A stretch of 64,000 bases of DNA from a virus. Taxonomy: Duplodnaviria > Caudoviricetes. The notes under the pieces are model-generated. The model was given only the letters and a program-made list of their open reading frames with translations. It searched no databases and was not told the origin of the DNA. Where the stretch lies: the IMG/VR virus record IMGVR_UViG_3300035365_000057, positions 12,555-76,554 of that record; one strand, 5' to 3'. Shown in pieces: positions 1-11,561 of the stretch; the first letter of the stretch is position 1; the number at the start of each line of letters is the position of its first letter. The position numbers were made by a program, and so were the translations under genes.

Positions 1-570
1 AATAGAGCGTGGTGTACCGATATTAGATTCTCCTTTTAATTGGCGCTGTATCGTTCGCCTATCACAGCCTGTGGCTCTACTAGCACCAATTATACTAGGG
101 TATTCTCCTATAAGTTCACCGGTATGAATATCATATTGACAAACAGCTTTAGCTATTTTCATTCCATTTTCTCTAGCATTCTCTAACATTTTACCTGTTA
201 GTTTACTATTTGGTTTGAATAAAAATTTTTCAGCGGCTTTTCTACACGCTTCGGATATAACATGACCACCTTTATCTTTATTATATCCTTTCTCACGATT
301 TGTAGAATCATATTTAGCTATCCATTCTTGCTCTTTAATATCTATTTCCTTTTGCGAACCAACAACAACCTCAAGTAATTCTGGAATAAAGTTTTGTATA
401 CCGTGTTCTCTCATAGCAATGTATAGAAAACAAGATAAATCATTTGGTCTTTTAGATACAAACGCACGAGATATATGTTCAGAATATCTTTTCATTATAT
501 CTCGTTTAGTTTGACCTACGTATACTTTATTATTTGTTAAATCTGTTATTTTATAAATATTACTAGTCAT
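1..570 (-). CDS. Free-standing GIY-YIG homing endonuclease with NUMOD1-like C-terminal region (runs off the left edge; missing from ORF track)
   Basis: Manual translation from ATG 570: MTSNIYKITDLTNNKVYVGQTKRDIMKRYSEH...KGYNKDKGG...KAVCQYDIHTGELIGEYPSIIGASRATG; open to position 1 with no stop. Confidence 0.85.
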   Translation of the reverse strand, partial: MTSNIYKITDLTNNKVYVGQTKRDIMKRYSEHISRAFVSKRPNDLSCFLYIAMREHGIQNFIPELLEVVVGSQKEIDIKEQEWIAKYDSTNREKGYNKDKGGHVISEACRKAAEKFLFKPNSKLTGKMLENARENGMKIAKAVCQYDIHTGELIGEYPSIIGASRATGCDRRTIQRQLKGESNIGTPRSI

Positions 571-603
571 AGTGGTATAAATTTTAAACGTTTATACCAC
601 TAT
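569..603 (-). promoter_or_regulatory. 13-bp hairpin covering the initiation region of the GIY-YIG gene
   Basis: atagtggtataaa (569-581) is the exact reverse complement of tttataccactat (591-603); the stem overlaps the start codon at 568-570. Confidence 0.65.
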
Positions 604-642
604 AACGTAGAAAATTACTTTAGGTTGTCACAAGCGTGGCAA

Positions 643-2112
643 TTATTGAGCATCACAAATCAATTCTCCGCATGCTCTAGGGTCACGGAGCATAATACCC
701 ATTTCACCAAGGAAGTATACGGTATAACCGTCCTTACCATTAGATCTCAGAGTATCTTTGCTATGAGCATAACCAGATGGAGCAACAGCACCACCGGTGT
801 ACCAAGTAACAAACTCACGATCCTTACGAACAACTTTAACGATGTTGGCTTCACCATCACGACGGCCAAGATCAAGGAATGTCATACGGTAAGATTCCAG
901 AGGTTTCAATGTTACAGGATGCAACTGACGATTGTAAACTGTATCGTCATACAGAGGGAAATACTTCAGAGTCAACTCGATACCGTTAGTCATCTTATAA
1001 GTCTTGAACTGACCACCGAAGGTAAGACTATCACCCTTGCCGGTAACAAATACAGTATCGATCAGATTCATATTAGCAACCTTTTCTTTCAGAATTCTAT
1101 CGAACTCTCTCATACCCATTTCACCAGTCAGAGCAACGAACTTACGTTCATTCGTACCAAGTACGTTATAAGACAGATCGAATAAGAAATCTTCAAGTAA
1201 CTCAGCAGTAAGACGAGTATAATAACGTCTGTTAGAAGGAGCAATCTGCTCAAGCAGACCAGCGCCAATGAATACAGGACGACCGTTAGTACCAGTCAAA
1301 TTACAAGAACCATCCTTATTTACATTGCTCTTCATATAAACGAGCATACGTTCACATCTCTTATACCACTCACGCATAGCCAACCATTCCTGATAATCAG
1401 CCCACAGATAAGAAGTTTTACCAGATGCGGGATCTTTCAATGCGATAGCCATTACTGTAGAATAAGCAGAACCAGTAATATCATAGTTGATACGAATTGT
1501 AGTCAGATAATTACGCATCTTGAAATGAGTATTATAGTTCAGGATATCACCCTCTTCACTGTACTCTTCGTAAGCAGAAGCAAGACGAGATACCTGGCAA
1601 CCTGCCTGCAGATATTCACCAGGAATATAAGAAGAAGCCTGACCGTCTGCGATAAAGCAAGTATATACCCACAGATTACCATCCTGATAAGGGGCACCAG
1701 AAATACGTGCCTAAAATTCTTTGTTATCAAATTCAATGATAGCACCACTAGCAAACCAGTTGTCTTCCAACCACAGTAAGATAGGAGTATTACCCAAACC
1801 TGCAGTAGTATCAGCGCTTACAGCAGCACCATTCCATTTAGCGTCTCTAATTGTAACAGCTCTATCTGCGTCAACAATAACATTCCATTCCCAGCTAGGC
1901 TGATCAATAGTCATCACGTTTCCAAGACCGCCAGTCAGCATATCCAAAGATGTGCTATAACCATTATCCTTAGTACCGAATACCAAAGACAGAATGGTAG
2001 AAACCTGATAAGGATTCTATTGCGATGCGGCAGAAATCTTGTTTGTGTCGATCAAATCTGAGAATCGTTTACCTTTATAGAGCTATAGGTTATTTAAAAT
2101 ACCGTTATCCAT
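643..2112 (-). CDS. Major capsid protein, crAss-type, 489 aa with TAG read-through
   Basis: ATG 2112 gives MDNGILNNL(TAG)LYKGKRFSDL...; ORF-track pieces 1711-1986 and 643-1518 are in this frame and separated by TAG; C-terminus LRDPRACGELICDAQ; adjacent to portal and terminase. Confidence 0.9.
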
Positions 2113-2164
2113 AATTAATTAAAATTATAATTATAATCTCTAAAAATTTAAAAAATTGTTAATA

Positions 2165-3292
2165 TTAATTCACGCGCAATTGTCGTGCAAAAGAATCCCA
2201 CATAGACAAATCGCTAGTGTTATCCTGTGTTTTAGTTCTTCTGCTTATACCAGTTCTATTCAAGCTATTCTTGAATTTGTCTATAGCAGCATTAGAACCT
2301 TCAGTTTTTGCTGCTTTCATTAACTGATCACCGTATTTAGTAAAATAAGCAGTTTCAATTAAATTCTTTACACTCTTTGACCAATCTTTATGAAATTGTG
2401 TTTGGCCATCAGCGTCTGGCTTAAATATGTATTCGATAAGAACTCTTTTTTCTTTTTCTGGTATTTTCACACCACGAATACTATCCATGCCTTTTATTTC
2501 GTTCACAACGCTATTAAAATATTGCTGTTGACGAGCCATTCTCTCTTTTGCTTGCTTTTCCTGGTTCTTTAATAGCTGTTGTTTTTTATCCTCTCTTATC
2601 TCTTTAAGGGCTTCTAAAGCGTCTTCTGCTTCATCTTCCAGTAGACCAGCATCTTCATATTTTGTTAATTTCTTATCAATTTGCTTACTATTATAACCCT
2701 TCTCTTTTAAGAATTCTCTAAGTACTAATTTCTGATTACCTTCATCCTCAGTAATATCGATGTTTTCCAAATCGATTTCAGCGTCTATTTGTAAGTAATC
2801 TCTAATGTTACCGCCATTTCTAACAAAGTTATCAAGAGCTTCTACTTCTTCGCTAGCGTACTGAGGAACAGAATTATCTTCGATCACTTGCTGAAAGTAT
2901 TCGACTAATTCTTCGGGAGTTTGAGGTACCTCGTCTTCATCTGTTAAATCCCATCCCATTTTTTCGGACAATACTTCAAAGAAAGCACTTACTGTGTTAT
3001 CGTCATTCTGTACGTCGTCGTTTGTTTGATTACCGTCATCTGTATCATCATCTCCCTTAGGTTCATCATTAGTCTTCTTATCTTTATCGTCCTTTTTATC
3101 GTCTTTGTCGTTCTTATCGTTTTTATTTGACTTTTTTAACTGTTCTAATTCTTCATCAGTTAATTCCTCTGACAAACCTTCCATATCGATTTTATCGTCT
3201 GTTACATCTTTGCCAGGTTCAGTCGTTGTTTTCTTATCATAAATTCCTGGCAAGAAGTCTTCAAATACTTCGAAACCGTTTATTGTATCCAT
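2165..3292 (-). CDS. Conserved acidic protein upstream of MCP, likely scaffold/capsid-assembly protein
   Basis: 375-aa ORF with D/K-rich low-complexity N-part and helical coiled-coil C-part; function inferred from position and composition. Confidence 0.55.
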   Translation of the reverse strand: MDTINGFEVFEDFLPGIYDKKTTTEPGKDVTDDKIDMEGLSEELTDEELEQLKKSNKNDKNDKDDKKDDKDKKTNDEPKGDDDTDDGNQTNDDVQNDDNTVSAFFEVLSEKMGWDLTDEDEVPQTPEELVEYFQQVIEDNSVPQYASEEVEALDNFVRNGGNIRDYLQIDAEIDLENIDITEDEGNQKLVLREFLKEKGYNSKQIDKKLTKYEDAGLLEDEAEDALEALKEIREDKKQQLLKNQEKQAKERMARQQQYFNSVVNEIKGMDSIRGVKIPEKEKRVLIEYIFKPDADGQTQFHKDWSKSVKNLIETAYFTKYGDQLMKAAKTEGSNAAIDKFKNSLNRTGISRRTKTQDNTSDLSMWDSFARQLRVN

Positions 3293-3310
3293 AATTATAT
3301 ATAATTAGAT

Positions 3311-4441
3311 TTATTTGTTTTCTTGTTGAGTATAATATCTGTTTGCTGCAACAGCTCCTGCGCCAAGCAAAGGTATTGTATTAAACCACTTTGCATATTG
3401 ACGCATACTTTTAAATTGTTTACTTGCTCTTTTTACAGAGTTCATATCAGATGGTAATTTATCAATTGTATTCTATAATAATTCTCTATCTACCTGTTGA
3501 TCTCTATTATTTATTAGTCCTCTATTATACATATATTCTCTCAATTGATTCATATATGCTTTCTGTTCAGACATATTTCCATAATATTTATTATTACCAT
3601 CAGCATAAGGTTTAATAGACTATCTCATTTGATAAAAGAGATTACTATTACCATCAGCATCACTTGTTTTATTCTTTAAGAAATCAGATAAGTGATTTGT
3701 TTCATGAACAGTAATACCTTCTGGTAAATCGGTATCTTTAGCAAATTGATATTCGTATTCACCTAGTTTTGGAAATTCTCCACCTTGTTTATGTCTCTCT
3801 GTTGATTTCTTAGTAGTAGATATTCTACCATTTGCTCCAGTACTAAATTCAGTAGGCATAGCTTTCGGTAGTATATCCGAATTTGTATTATATGCATCAA
3901 TTAAATCCGCATATATCTAAGTATAGTCATCACCATATTTCTCTTTAACTCTATTAGCTCGATTCATATAACTCGGATCATCAGTTAATCTCTATATAAC
4001 TTCATATATTTCATTATTTAAATCTGTAGCTTTCTGTATATTTCTAGTATTTCTACTGAGAGCTCTATCTATAGCGTCCTATACGTATCTCTTATTAACA
4101 GTTGGTATAAACGGCGCTACTGCTAATGCTGATAAACCTGCGCCTAACCAATCTCTATTCTTTATTGCTTGATAAGCATCATTAACTGCCAAAGCATCAC
4201 CAACTGGTGTAAAATCTGCAGCGGTTCTTAAGTCTAATACTGGAATTGCTTGACCAGTCGCTATAGGCTATCCTGTCCATCTATTTACTCTTTGGCCATT
4301 AATGAACTGTGGATATTTAGATTCTACTTCTCCCCCATCTTCGAAAGCCTATGCTTTCCAATCCTAGTAGCCTTTACCGGGATTTTGTTCCCGGTAAGAC
4401 TTCAAGGATTTCATTCTCTATTTAAATTGAGTTCTGTCCAT
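3311..4441 (-). CDS. Virion-associated protein with pre-toxin-like segment and HExxH zincin motif (376 aa, TAG read-through)
   Basis: ATG 4441 MDRTQFK(TAG)RMKSL...AFEDGGEV...ADFTPVGDALAVNDAYQAIKNRDWLGAGLSALAVAPFIP...GITVHETNHLSD; TAA at 3311; in frame with track ORF 3620-3859. Confidence 0.7.
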
Positions 4442-4443
4442 AA

Positions 4444-4503
4444 TCACTTACTTTTCTTTCCGCCTTTGCCTTTAGAGCTAGACTTCTTGCCTCCACATGC
4501 CAT
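4444..4503 (-). CDS. 19-aa basic micro-protein MACGGKKSSSKGKGGKKSK
   Basis: ATG 4503 to TGA 4444; AGGAGG (cctcct, 4511-4516) upstream; fills the gap between two genes exactly. Confidence 0.6.
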   Translation of the reverse strand: MACGGKKSSSKGKGGKKSK

Positions 4504-4505
4504 AA

Positions 4506-4859
4506 TTAATCCTCCTTACTACTTTTAATTTTTAAATATTTAAACCAAGCATAATGCTTTCTTTCATTGCAATAATTTAAGTTTGTATCATTATTATGAG
4601 CTTCTTCTTCAAATGATATATCATGATATTGTTCACCTTGTTCATCTTTTAATCTAAACAATTTGATAATCAAATATTCAATACCATACCATAAATAGAA
4701 AGGAACCCACAGCATTTCCTACATTTGTTTGAGATGAATCTTTTCGTGATTATATTCAACATCCGTAATTTTCGATTTATCTCTAGTAAAAATAATACCA
4801 AATAGATTGATATATTTATATCCTTTAAAAGGAATAAATTTGTTCTGTACTATTTTCAT
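4506..4859 (-). CDS. Small HExxH zincin-like metallopeptidase (117 aa, one TAG read-through)
   Basis: MKIVQNKFIPFKGYKYINLFGIIF...YNHEKIHLKQM(TAG)EMLWVPFYLWY...SFEEEAH. Confidence 0.7.
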
Positions 4860-4861
4860 AA

Positions 4862-7800
4862 TTATTTCTCTCCCGGAACCCTATTCTTAAGAGCCGTTCT
4901 GGCTTTCAATTTCTCTCTTTCCATTGCAGCATCATCTGACATTTTTTGCAATTTCTCTTCGTGCTTCATTCTTTCTTTTTCTAAGGCAACTTTCTTATCT
5001 TCAATTTCTTTCTTCATTTTCTATTCACGAATCTTATTATTGAATTCAAATTGCTTAGATGCTTCTTCTGAAGCTTGTTTTCTTTCTTCTAAGGCCTATC
5101 GACCGATTTCAAGTATATCTGGTTCGCCATTATTATTTGCATCGGTATCAACAGAACCCATATATGCATTAAGTTGAGCTACAGCTATCTTAGTCGCATT
5201 ATCTTGATCAATCTTGTATTTTTCAAGATCCATTTCAGCTTCTTTAAGCATAAGCTCTTCTTCTTTGATTTCATTCTGCATCTGAATAGCTTGCTGTTCT
5301 CTCTGAGCTTGTGCTTCTTCCATTGCTTGCTGTTGTTGCATACGTTTTTGTTCTATTTCTTCAAGTCTATTCTTGATCATAGTAACATTATCCATAGTAA
5401 TGATCTCAGCAATATCTAACAAACTAGCGCCATTCTACATAGCTGGCTACATGAGATTCTTAAGAGCTTCTATCTGTTGCTGATTCTTAGTAGTATCTTC
5501 AATAAATACATCCATATCTTCATAGAAGAAATTATCAGACAGTGTTATAAATGCTCTTGTTGCATCATCTAATACATACTATATCGATGTTTTATTATCT
5601 TTCCATGCATATTTAGCAGTATTCAGAAGCATTGTTATTGCTTCTTTTTTAACTCTGTTATGCACCCAGAACCAAGGTTCAGTAATATGAGCAGACTGTA
5701 TCACAGATCTTTCTACATTACCAACTAATTCATTAGAAGAAATTGCACCTTCTCTTTGCTTACTTACCCCTGATATTTCAGATAACATTGATTCGATCTT
5801 ATCCATAAGATTAATATACTAATCTATAGTATTAGCCATAGTAAGATCTAATGCTGATATCTGATTAAATGTAGAAGAGTTATGGCATATCGTAAAATCA
5901 TCGAGTAAGAACAAATTATCTCTGTCCAAAGTAAAACCATAATATTCGTCAATACCATAGTATTCTATTTTGAACATAGATCGATTTATGTCTTTCTGAT
6001 GAGTTTTATCTCCCTTAGCTTGTTTTCTAGCTATCTTGGTAGGTATTCTTTCACATCCTGACAGAATGGATACAACATAAGAATATTCGCTAACGTTCTT
6101 ACACAGTTTAGAAGGTTTTAACTTTTTCTTACGTATAGATACCTTCATACCTAAACTTCTAGCTATAAAAGCAAAATCGTAAGCAATATCTTTTCTATAG
6201 TCTACCTAACAAAAACCAAATCTTTTCTTTTTTGGGTCATACCATCCATCAGAGTCTATCAAACCTGCTAGTAACTCTAGTCTATCTTGCTCACAACAGT
6301 AAATATATTCTTTAGGAATGTATTTATTCTCAAAGATCCCTAATCGTTTCAGATTTTGTATTATATAGTTTGTTGGTTTATTTCTATAACCTTTTTCAGA
6401 TTTATCTGTAAGTACTAAACTTACGTTCATAGCTTTTTCGTTACGTACCTTATCGTATCTTACTCGCATATTATTATTCAAAGCAAATTGCTCCAAATAA
6501 TCCATTATTTCATAATCTGCAGTTGTTATAGTTGGTTTGGATGTCGTACCATCTCCTAACCAAAGCCCAAGCAGGTAAGGATCGAAACTATTCCTTTGTT
6601 CTCCAAAATAAAGTCCATCTTTACGATATAAGTAATATTTATCTCTACATGAAGGAGTTCTATTAAATCTCTCCATTAATGTAATTGGAGTATCTGTCTT
6701 AAAAGTAACTTCTCCGGTATGATGGTTCTTAAATCCATAATATATCTCATGCTTACTATTTACGATTTGTGGATTTCCTCCAGAAGATGGAGTAATCTTG
6801 TACATATGATCTTTTCCATGGTGAAGTTCTAGTACTGTACGTGGAGTTCCATCAGCTCCCATTACTTTATCAAACAGTTTAATATCTTCTACATTTTTTA
6901 AAGATCCGTCTGCCATTATTACTTTAGTACCCTTAATGTGACATTTACCACCTTCTCTACCAGGTATATCCCAACCTTCTTCGTACGGATTAACAAAGTT
7001 AACTCCTAGCGCAGATAAATAATGCATCCATTTAGACACATCAATATTCATTGATTTAGGTATTTGAGTAATATCCATGGTTATGATCTTACCTTTGTCT
7101 CTAGCCATAGCTAACTCAAGTCTATACCATATTATAATATACATATATTGTAAAGGCTTCATCATACTTACTAAGCTTCGTGGTCTGCTATTAGTATTAT
7201 TGTATATTACACCTGTATATGGTAATCTTTGAGCATTTGGATTATCTGCAGATATGTGTTGATACTCTAACGGTTGTATACCGATATATAAGTCTTCTCC
7301 AACTCTATAACCTTCCCAAACATCAACAATCCATTTCCATTCAACATTCAATTCGTTACCTGTAACTTTATAACTTTCATCAACTTCATATTCTTCAGGT
7401 TGTCCTGTTTCTTGATTCAAGATAGTAACGAATCCAATCTTTCTAAAAGACTTCCAACAACAATGCCATACGTGAACATTATCTGAACTTTCAAAAGGAT
7501 TGGATGTGAATCCGTTAATTGTATGTGTTTTTATATGAGGATAATCTAATGAAGTCTTACCTAATTTTGGAGTAATACCACCCTTAGATGCATCATCCAT
7601 TAATTCTAGTAACTAGTCTAGCTATTTTTCTGACATCTTATCATAAAGCCTATCATATACTTCAGTAGATGACATTATCATTTCATAGCAGCACCATTCG
7701 GCATCGTGGATGAATTCTAGATCAGAAGTATCAGTATCATAATCAAAGTATATAGGATTTATTCTTTCCATACAAGGTTCTCCATTCTATATACCTACGT

Positions 7801-8431
7801 AATATACTTCTTCACCGCCAATCAGAGCATCTTTCCAACCTTTAAAGAATTCGTGAGTTATATTTAATTTATTCTTTAAATAATTAAGACTATGATATGC
7901 TACAGATTCTGCTATATCCTTATAGTCTTTACTCATATATTTTTGTATCTATTCAGGTTGCATTACTTCACCAGATTGTAATGCCTATTGATATCTAGCT
8001 TGATCTTCAGAACTTAATCTACTCATAATTTCAGCCTAGATATAATCAATTAGCATCTACTTGGCTTTATCCTACATCTCACTAGTAGCTATATCACTTG
8101 TTCTGCTAACTCTGAAATTGAAAGGTCTTTTTGTTTCTTCACCTAATAATAAATCTATTTTTGGTTTGATTATATTATAGTCTTGTGCTGTAGCAGGGAA
8201 ACCATCTTGCTGTTTAAATGGGTTTGTAACATACTTAAGATCTTTCTCATTATATATACTATTATATAAATCATAGTATGTCTACATTTCTTCTTTCCTA
8301 GTACGTGTATTTCCATTTCTGGAACCACCTTGACTACGACCTATAATATAATCAACGCAAGCTTCTTGCCACTCTTTTGTCTTCTTAGACATAGGTAGCT
8401 TCTATATTGGCATTTGATTAATATTATTCAT
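4862..8431 (-). CDS. Portal protein with intein (1189 aa precursor, TAG read-through)
   Basis: ATG 8431 MNNINQMPI(TAG)KLPMSKKTKEWQEACVDY; track ORFs 5096, 5579, 5819 and 6206 share the frame of TAA 4862; typical position between TerL and MCP. Confidence 0.85.
5879..6943 (-). mobile_element. LAGLIDADG/DOD homing-endonuclease intein in portal (355 aa)
   Basis: N-junction GGK|CHIKGTKVIMADGS; LAGLIDADG blocks YLLGLWLGDG and LLAGLIDSDG; C-junction YGFTLDRDNLFLLDDFTICHN|S. Confidence 0.92.
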
Positions 8432-8433
8432 AA

Positions 8434-10479
8434 TTAAAACATATATGCTTTTAAATCATCAGTATCGTCGTCACGAAACCAATTTTGTGTAAAAATAGGA
8501 CCTTCAAATAGTACCCTATTTTTATTTTCTTTTTTAACTTCTTTTACTTTAACATTATATAGCTGTTCTCTATATATCATTACTTGAGTCAACGCCATCA
8601 CCCTATCGACGTTGTTGACGTCATTTGCAGCTATCAATTCCTCTAATAGCGGTTCTGATAGGATGTTGTATAAGTTCTTCTTACCATCAGCATTGATATC
8701 ATTTAACCAATCTTTTATCAGACCCCAACCCCACTATTTAATCTATTTATTCATATGGCAACCTTTCTTACGTTGTACTTTGGAATTGCTAACAATATCG
8801 TTTATGATGTCCGGCTAATCTGCTAGTAGATAATCACAATGTTTATTAGTAAAGTATACGAATATACCTTTATTCTGATTTTCATACATTGCCCGTGCAT
8901 TATAGTATATCAGCAATTTTCTAACATTTTCATAGAATTCGTCTGCAGTTTTTGGTCTACCAGTATACTCTGCTACAATTATATCTGAATACTATTCTAT
9001 AGACTAAACTCGCTTATATATAATACAAGAACCTAATGACGTAGTACTAGATTCATCATAGTCGTATGAGTCTATACCAGCTATGTATAAACCAGTCGAT
9101 GCTTCTTTATTTGGATGCTCCCATATTACTATAGAGCCTTCTGGATTATCTTCTTTCTTTAACGGATAATGAGTTATATCACCACTCTTCTTTATAGTCC
9201 ACCTCAAACTACCATCTGGTTCCCAAGTAAGATCACCGACCTGTTTATAGTTTTTTAGATTCTTATTAGTTCTTAATAGTGCTAACTATTCCTATAATTC
9301 TTTTTTAGGGAATATATTACCATTAAATTCCAAACATGCCTCTGATGGAGTGATACAGTGTTCTGCTACATATCTATCTATAGTATTACTATTTGTAGCA
9401 TTTTCGATTACTTTTCTTCTTTCTTCTAGTATGAATTCTAAAGACTTTTTGTGCAGCGTATTACCATCATCGTCCATATATATTCTGTGACCTTCTTTAT
9501 CACGAAAATCAAGATTGGTATACTACGGAATAAAGAATCCGCACTTCTTTGTAGTAGCTGATTCATCCCATATATTATCAAATTCTAGACAATTATAACC
9601 TTCTGGATTATAAAACATATCTTTTAGTGTCTCGAAATGGCTACCTTCATCACCACCAGTACCAAACGCAACCATAGTACCAAATGCAACACCATCCTGT
9701 TCTACAGACGGTCTGGCTATTTGCCATGCTGCGCCTAATTCTGAGAAAGAACCAGCTTCTTCAAATATAATTAACTTACCAGCTTTACCACGAACAATAT
9801 CAGGATTGTCTTTCAAAGTAACACCTATGATTTCTGATTTATATCCTAATTCTACTTCATTACCATAATCATCTTTAGTAAAGAATCCAGCACGTTTACG
9901 CATCTAAGTGTTAACTGATCTTTTCTTACCCCAAGCAGTATTCTTATCTATAAAGTTCATATAATCCCAAGCTTTAGTAAGTATACCATCTTCAGTAAGA
10001 TATTGTTTATTAGAAGCGTATATATAGGTTTTTGAGTTGGGAATTAAATAATAATTACGGCAAGCCATTGCAGCATTCTTATAGGAATAACCCTTTCTAC
10101 GACTCTTTAATGCACATAGATGTTTTCCTTCTTCTTCAGCTTGTTGCATAGCCTAAAAGAAATAGTAATCGTAATCATAGAAATCTGGGAATAATAATTC
10201 TCTTGTTTTTACTATTTTCTTTATACCATTTACTATTTTTTCTTTATACACTATTCTCTAAATAGGACAATAGTTTAAATAAAAATAGTTATACCCACTG
10301 ATGTAATCACCATCATCAGTAGTATAACCATCAATACATCTATTTTTTTCTCTATCCCAGAACTGAAAGAATTCCGATGTACCCTAAGGATATGAACAAT
10401 ACTAGCCAGTATTTATAAAGGTCAAAGCCGGCTGACGGAATTTATCACTATTATGTATCTTTTTAGTAAAGTCAATCAT
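8434..10479 (-). CDS. terL: Terminase large subunit (681 aa, TAG read-through)
   Basis: ATG 10479 MIDFTKKIHNSDKFRQPA; Walker A-like KSRRKGYSYK, Walker B IIFEEAG, nuclease YIAGIDSYD; five track fragments share one frame. Confidence 0.9.
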
Positions 10480-10513
10480 GTTATTGATATGCGTAATATG
10501 GAAAAGTTATAAT

Positions 10514-10545
10514 AAAAGGGGCGCGTTTCACAACGAACCCCTTTT
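10514..10545 (-). terminator. Intrinsic terminator-like hairpin between GIY-YIG gene and terL
   Basis: AAAAGGGG...CCCCTTTT inverted repeat with a U tract on the minus strand. Confidence 0.6.
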
Positions 10546-10558
10546 CTGATTTCAATTT

Positions 10559-11245
10559 TTAAATAGTCTTTTCAGACAGAATATTATCATTTGATTCTGT
10601 ATCTGCGTACTCCCAGTAGAATCCTAATGATAATTTATGTTTATGCGTAGCGCCCCTAGATATTATTGTTCTTATATGATTAAGTTTTAAAGAGCTAATT
10701 CCTTCTTTAGAAATCCATCTAGCAGCGTCTGCTATACTGTTCCAAATTCTTATAAGTTTACCATCTTCATCTATTTGTTTAACTCTCTTAGGAGATTTTA
10801 GCACTTTATTAAAAACATAAGTATTTACCGGAACATTATTACTTTTTAATACATTTCTTACCGTATCAACATGGCAACCAACTTGTTTAGCTACTTTTTC
10901 AGCAGAAAGCCCTGTTCTATATAATTCTATTATGTGTTTGTGATCATATAATATTTTACCTTCTCCTCCTTTAGTTGCATTGTATCCGGATTTAAATGTA
11001 TTATAAATATTTATATAATATATTTCTTTCTTAGATAATTCGTTTTCTTCACAAGTTGCAACTAAATCCACTCTAAAATTTTCTTTTCCGTATTTATTCA
11101 TCGCTCTATAAAGAGGTCTATTTTCTTCACATCTTCTAGTTGCATCTTGGCAGTGTTCTTTAAATCTATCTGTTATTGAATTTAATGTTTTACCTATATA
11201 TTTCTTATTATTAATTAAATTCGTTATACAATAAATGTATCCCAT
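10559..11245 (-). CDS. Free-standing GIY-YIG homing endonuclease
   Basis: MGYIYCITNLINNKKYIGKT...RF.EH...YNATKGG, followed by HTH and NUMOD1-like VKQIDEDGKLIRIWNSIADAAR. Confidence 0.88.
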   Translation of the reverse strand: MGYIYCITNLINNKKYIGKTLNSITDRFKEHCQDATRRCEENRPLYRAMNKYGKENFRVDLVATCEENELSKKEIYYINIYNTFKSGYNATKGGEGKILYDHKHIIELYRTGLSAEKVAKQVGCHVDTVRNVLKSNNVPVNTYVFNKVLKSPKRVKQIDEDGKLIRIWNSIADAARWISKEGISSLKLNHIRTIISRGATHKHKLSLGFYWEYADTESNDNILSEKTI

Positions 11246-11408
11246 AATCTCTAGTCTATTTAAAAATTGAATTAAAGGTAGAAAGCTTTCTTGATTTTTA
11301 GTACTTTCCTTGAGGAGCTACCATTACCTCCAACTACCTCTTCACTGTTGATCTTAACCTAAGAGGACATACTCTGCTATCAGACTTCAAGTATGCAGTT
11401 TTTATTTG

Positions 11409-11480
11409 TCGCCCCAGTCTCGATTCGAACGGACAACTCGAAGGTTAGAGCTTCGCATATTACCTTTATACTATGGGGCA
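11409..11480 (-). tRNA. Amber suppressor tRNA (anticodon CUA), probably Gln-charged
   Basis: TGCCCCA/TGGGGCG acceptor; anticodon arm CGAAG-CT-CTA-AC-CTTCG; T loop TTCGAAT; T stem has one bulged A; CCA not encoded. Confidence 0.9.
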
Positions 11481-11561
11481 GTAAACATGGATATTAATTT
11501 ATCCTCCGTCCATGTAGCGGAGCAGACGCTTACACATTTGTTTCACACGTCCTATGAAACA

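Noticed and set aside
627-640. GTCACAAGC as a twister L4
   Set aside because: Flanks are not complementary, the other twister blocks are missing, and it lies on the non-transcribed strand
625-1779. Plus-strand ORFs 625-1185 and 1525-1779
   Set aside because: Antisense shadows of the capsid gene with no recognisable motifs; the same applies to most antisense ORFs over portal, terL, helicase and RNAP genes
643-10479. Group I introns or frameshifts as the cause of fragmented MCP/portal/TerL ORFs
   Set aside because: All fragments lie in one frame and the breaks I checked are TAG; no intron core is needed or visible
11281-11408. Theta/HDV ribozyme directly downstream of the suppressor tRNA
   Set aside because: Several stems exist, but I could not place a P3/L3 element and a C-N-A-A J4/2 leading to a P2 partner
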